A stretch of DNA of 64,000 bases, taken from the NCBI RefSeq assembly GCF_004010195.1, contig NC_057720.1, positions 22,162,243 to 22,226,242 of the forward strand, in the 5' to 3' direction. This DNA is from Chiloscyllium plagiosum (Eukaryota). The notes under the pieces were generated by a model. The model saw only the letters and a program-made list of their open reading frames with translations, was not told the origin of the DNA and did no database searches. The position numbers were made by a program, and so were the translations under genes. This document shows positions 63,369 through 64,000 of this stretch, in pieces (within the stretch, counting starts at the first letter, position 1; every line of letters starts with the position of its first letter).

Positions 63369-64000
63369 GTAAGTCATCATACACACAATGAACTGCAGGC
63401 CAATATTTAGGTATTGACTGCATCACACCTTTGAAACAAGTTGCAGAGAAAAAGCCCACATGAACAGTGCACAATAACTTAAACAAGAAATATTTTTTTC
63501 GATATGAGATACTAAATGTTTGGGACATGACACAATAGAAGGTACAGGAGATAAGGAAGTGGAAAGACAGTCTTCATCTCATGGCTCCTCACCAAACTAG
63601 GCTTCTCCCCCTTCCATTTTGTCACTCACTGTGAATAAGACATGCACACTAACATTTTTCTGACCAAGTTGCTCCTTCAATTGAAAAGATACGGAATGGT
63701 GAATGGGGTGTGGGACGCCTAGCTGTGCTACATTTTAATCAATCTATTCCTTTTCAGCATGAAGCACGTCTATTTTAGAGGTTTTAGCTACTGAAGAGTG
63801 AACTACTGAATGATTCAGCAGCAGCAAGCGATGGAGAAGGACTGCACTTTCTGAAGTTCCAGCTTGTATTCTACTTCAGTTGGTAAATATGACAATCACA
63901 GCACCATTCTTAGAAGTAGTACTGATGGTCCATCCATCCCAACAATCTTGAATTTCAAAGGAATGGATAACGCAAATGCAGTTGGGAAAGATACTAAAAG

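Noticed and set aside
1..64000. Orientation bias of CR1 copies relative to DPYD
   Set aside because: My rough tally has only slightly more copies on the minus strand than the plus strand, too few to claim a bias.

Overview
Eukaryotic, repeat-dense genomic DNA from a cartilaginous fish. HE1-type V-SINEs, HER1-like CR1 LINEs and SacSINE1-like DeuSINEs point to a shark; a carpet or bamboo shark is my guess. The whole window lies inside the DPYD (dihydropyrimidine dehydrogenase) gene on the minus strand. Two exons were recovered by hand, and neither appears in the ORF track: 54289-54431 (human exon 19 equivalent) and 16062-16241 (exon 20 equivalent). They are separated by a ~38 kb intron. The rest is intronic and filled with CR1 and L2-like LINEs, an RTE LINE, tRNA-derived SINEs, Penelope-like elements (PLEs), Harbinger transposase fossils, solo LTRs, a gypsy gag remnant and a MITE. 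The most striking hidden signal is more than a dozen minimal hammerhead ribozyme motifs from at least four sequence-divergent PLE families. Many sit in tiny TSD-flanked or fold-back insertions, and two have fully intact cores. There is also a candidate extra in-frame DPYD exon at 8283-8420. Repeat boundaries are approximate, and all homology calls come from recalled motifs rather than database searches.
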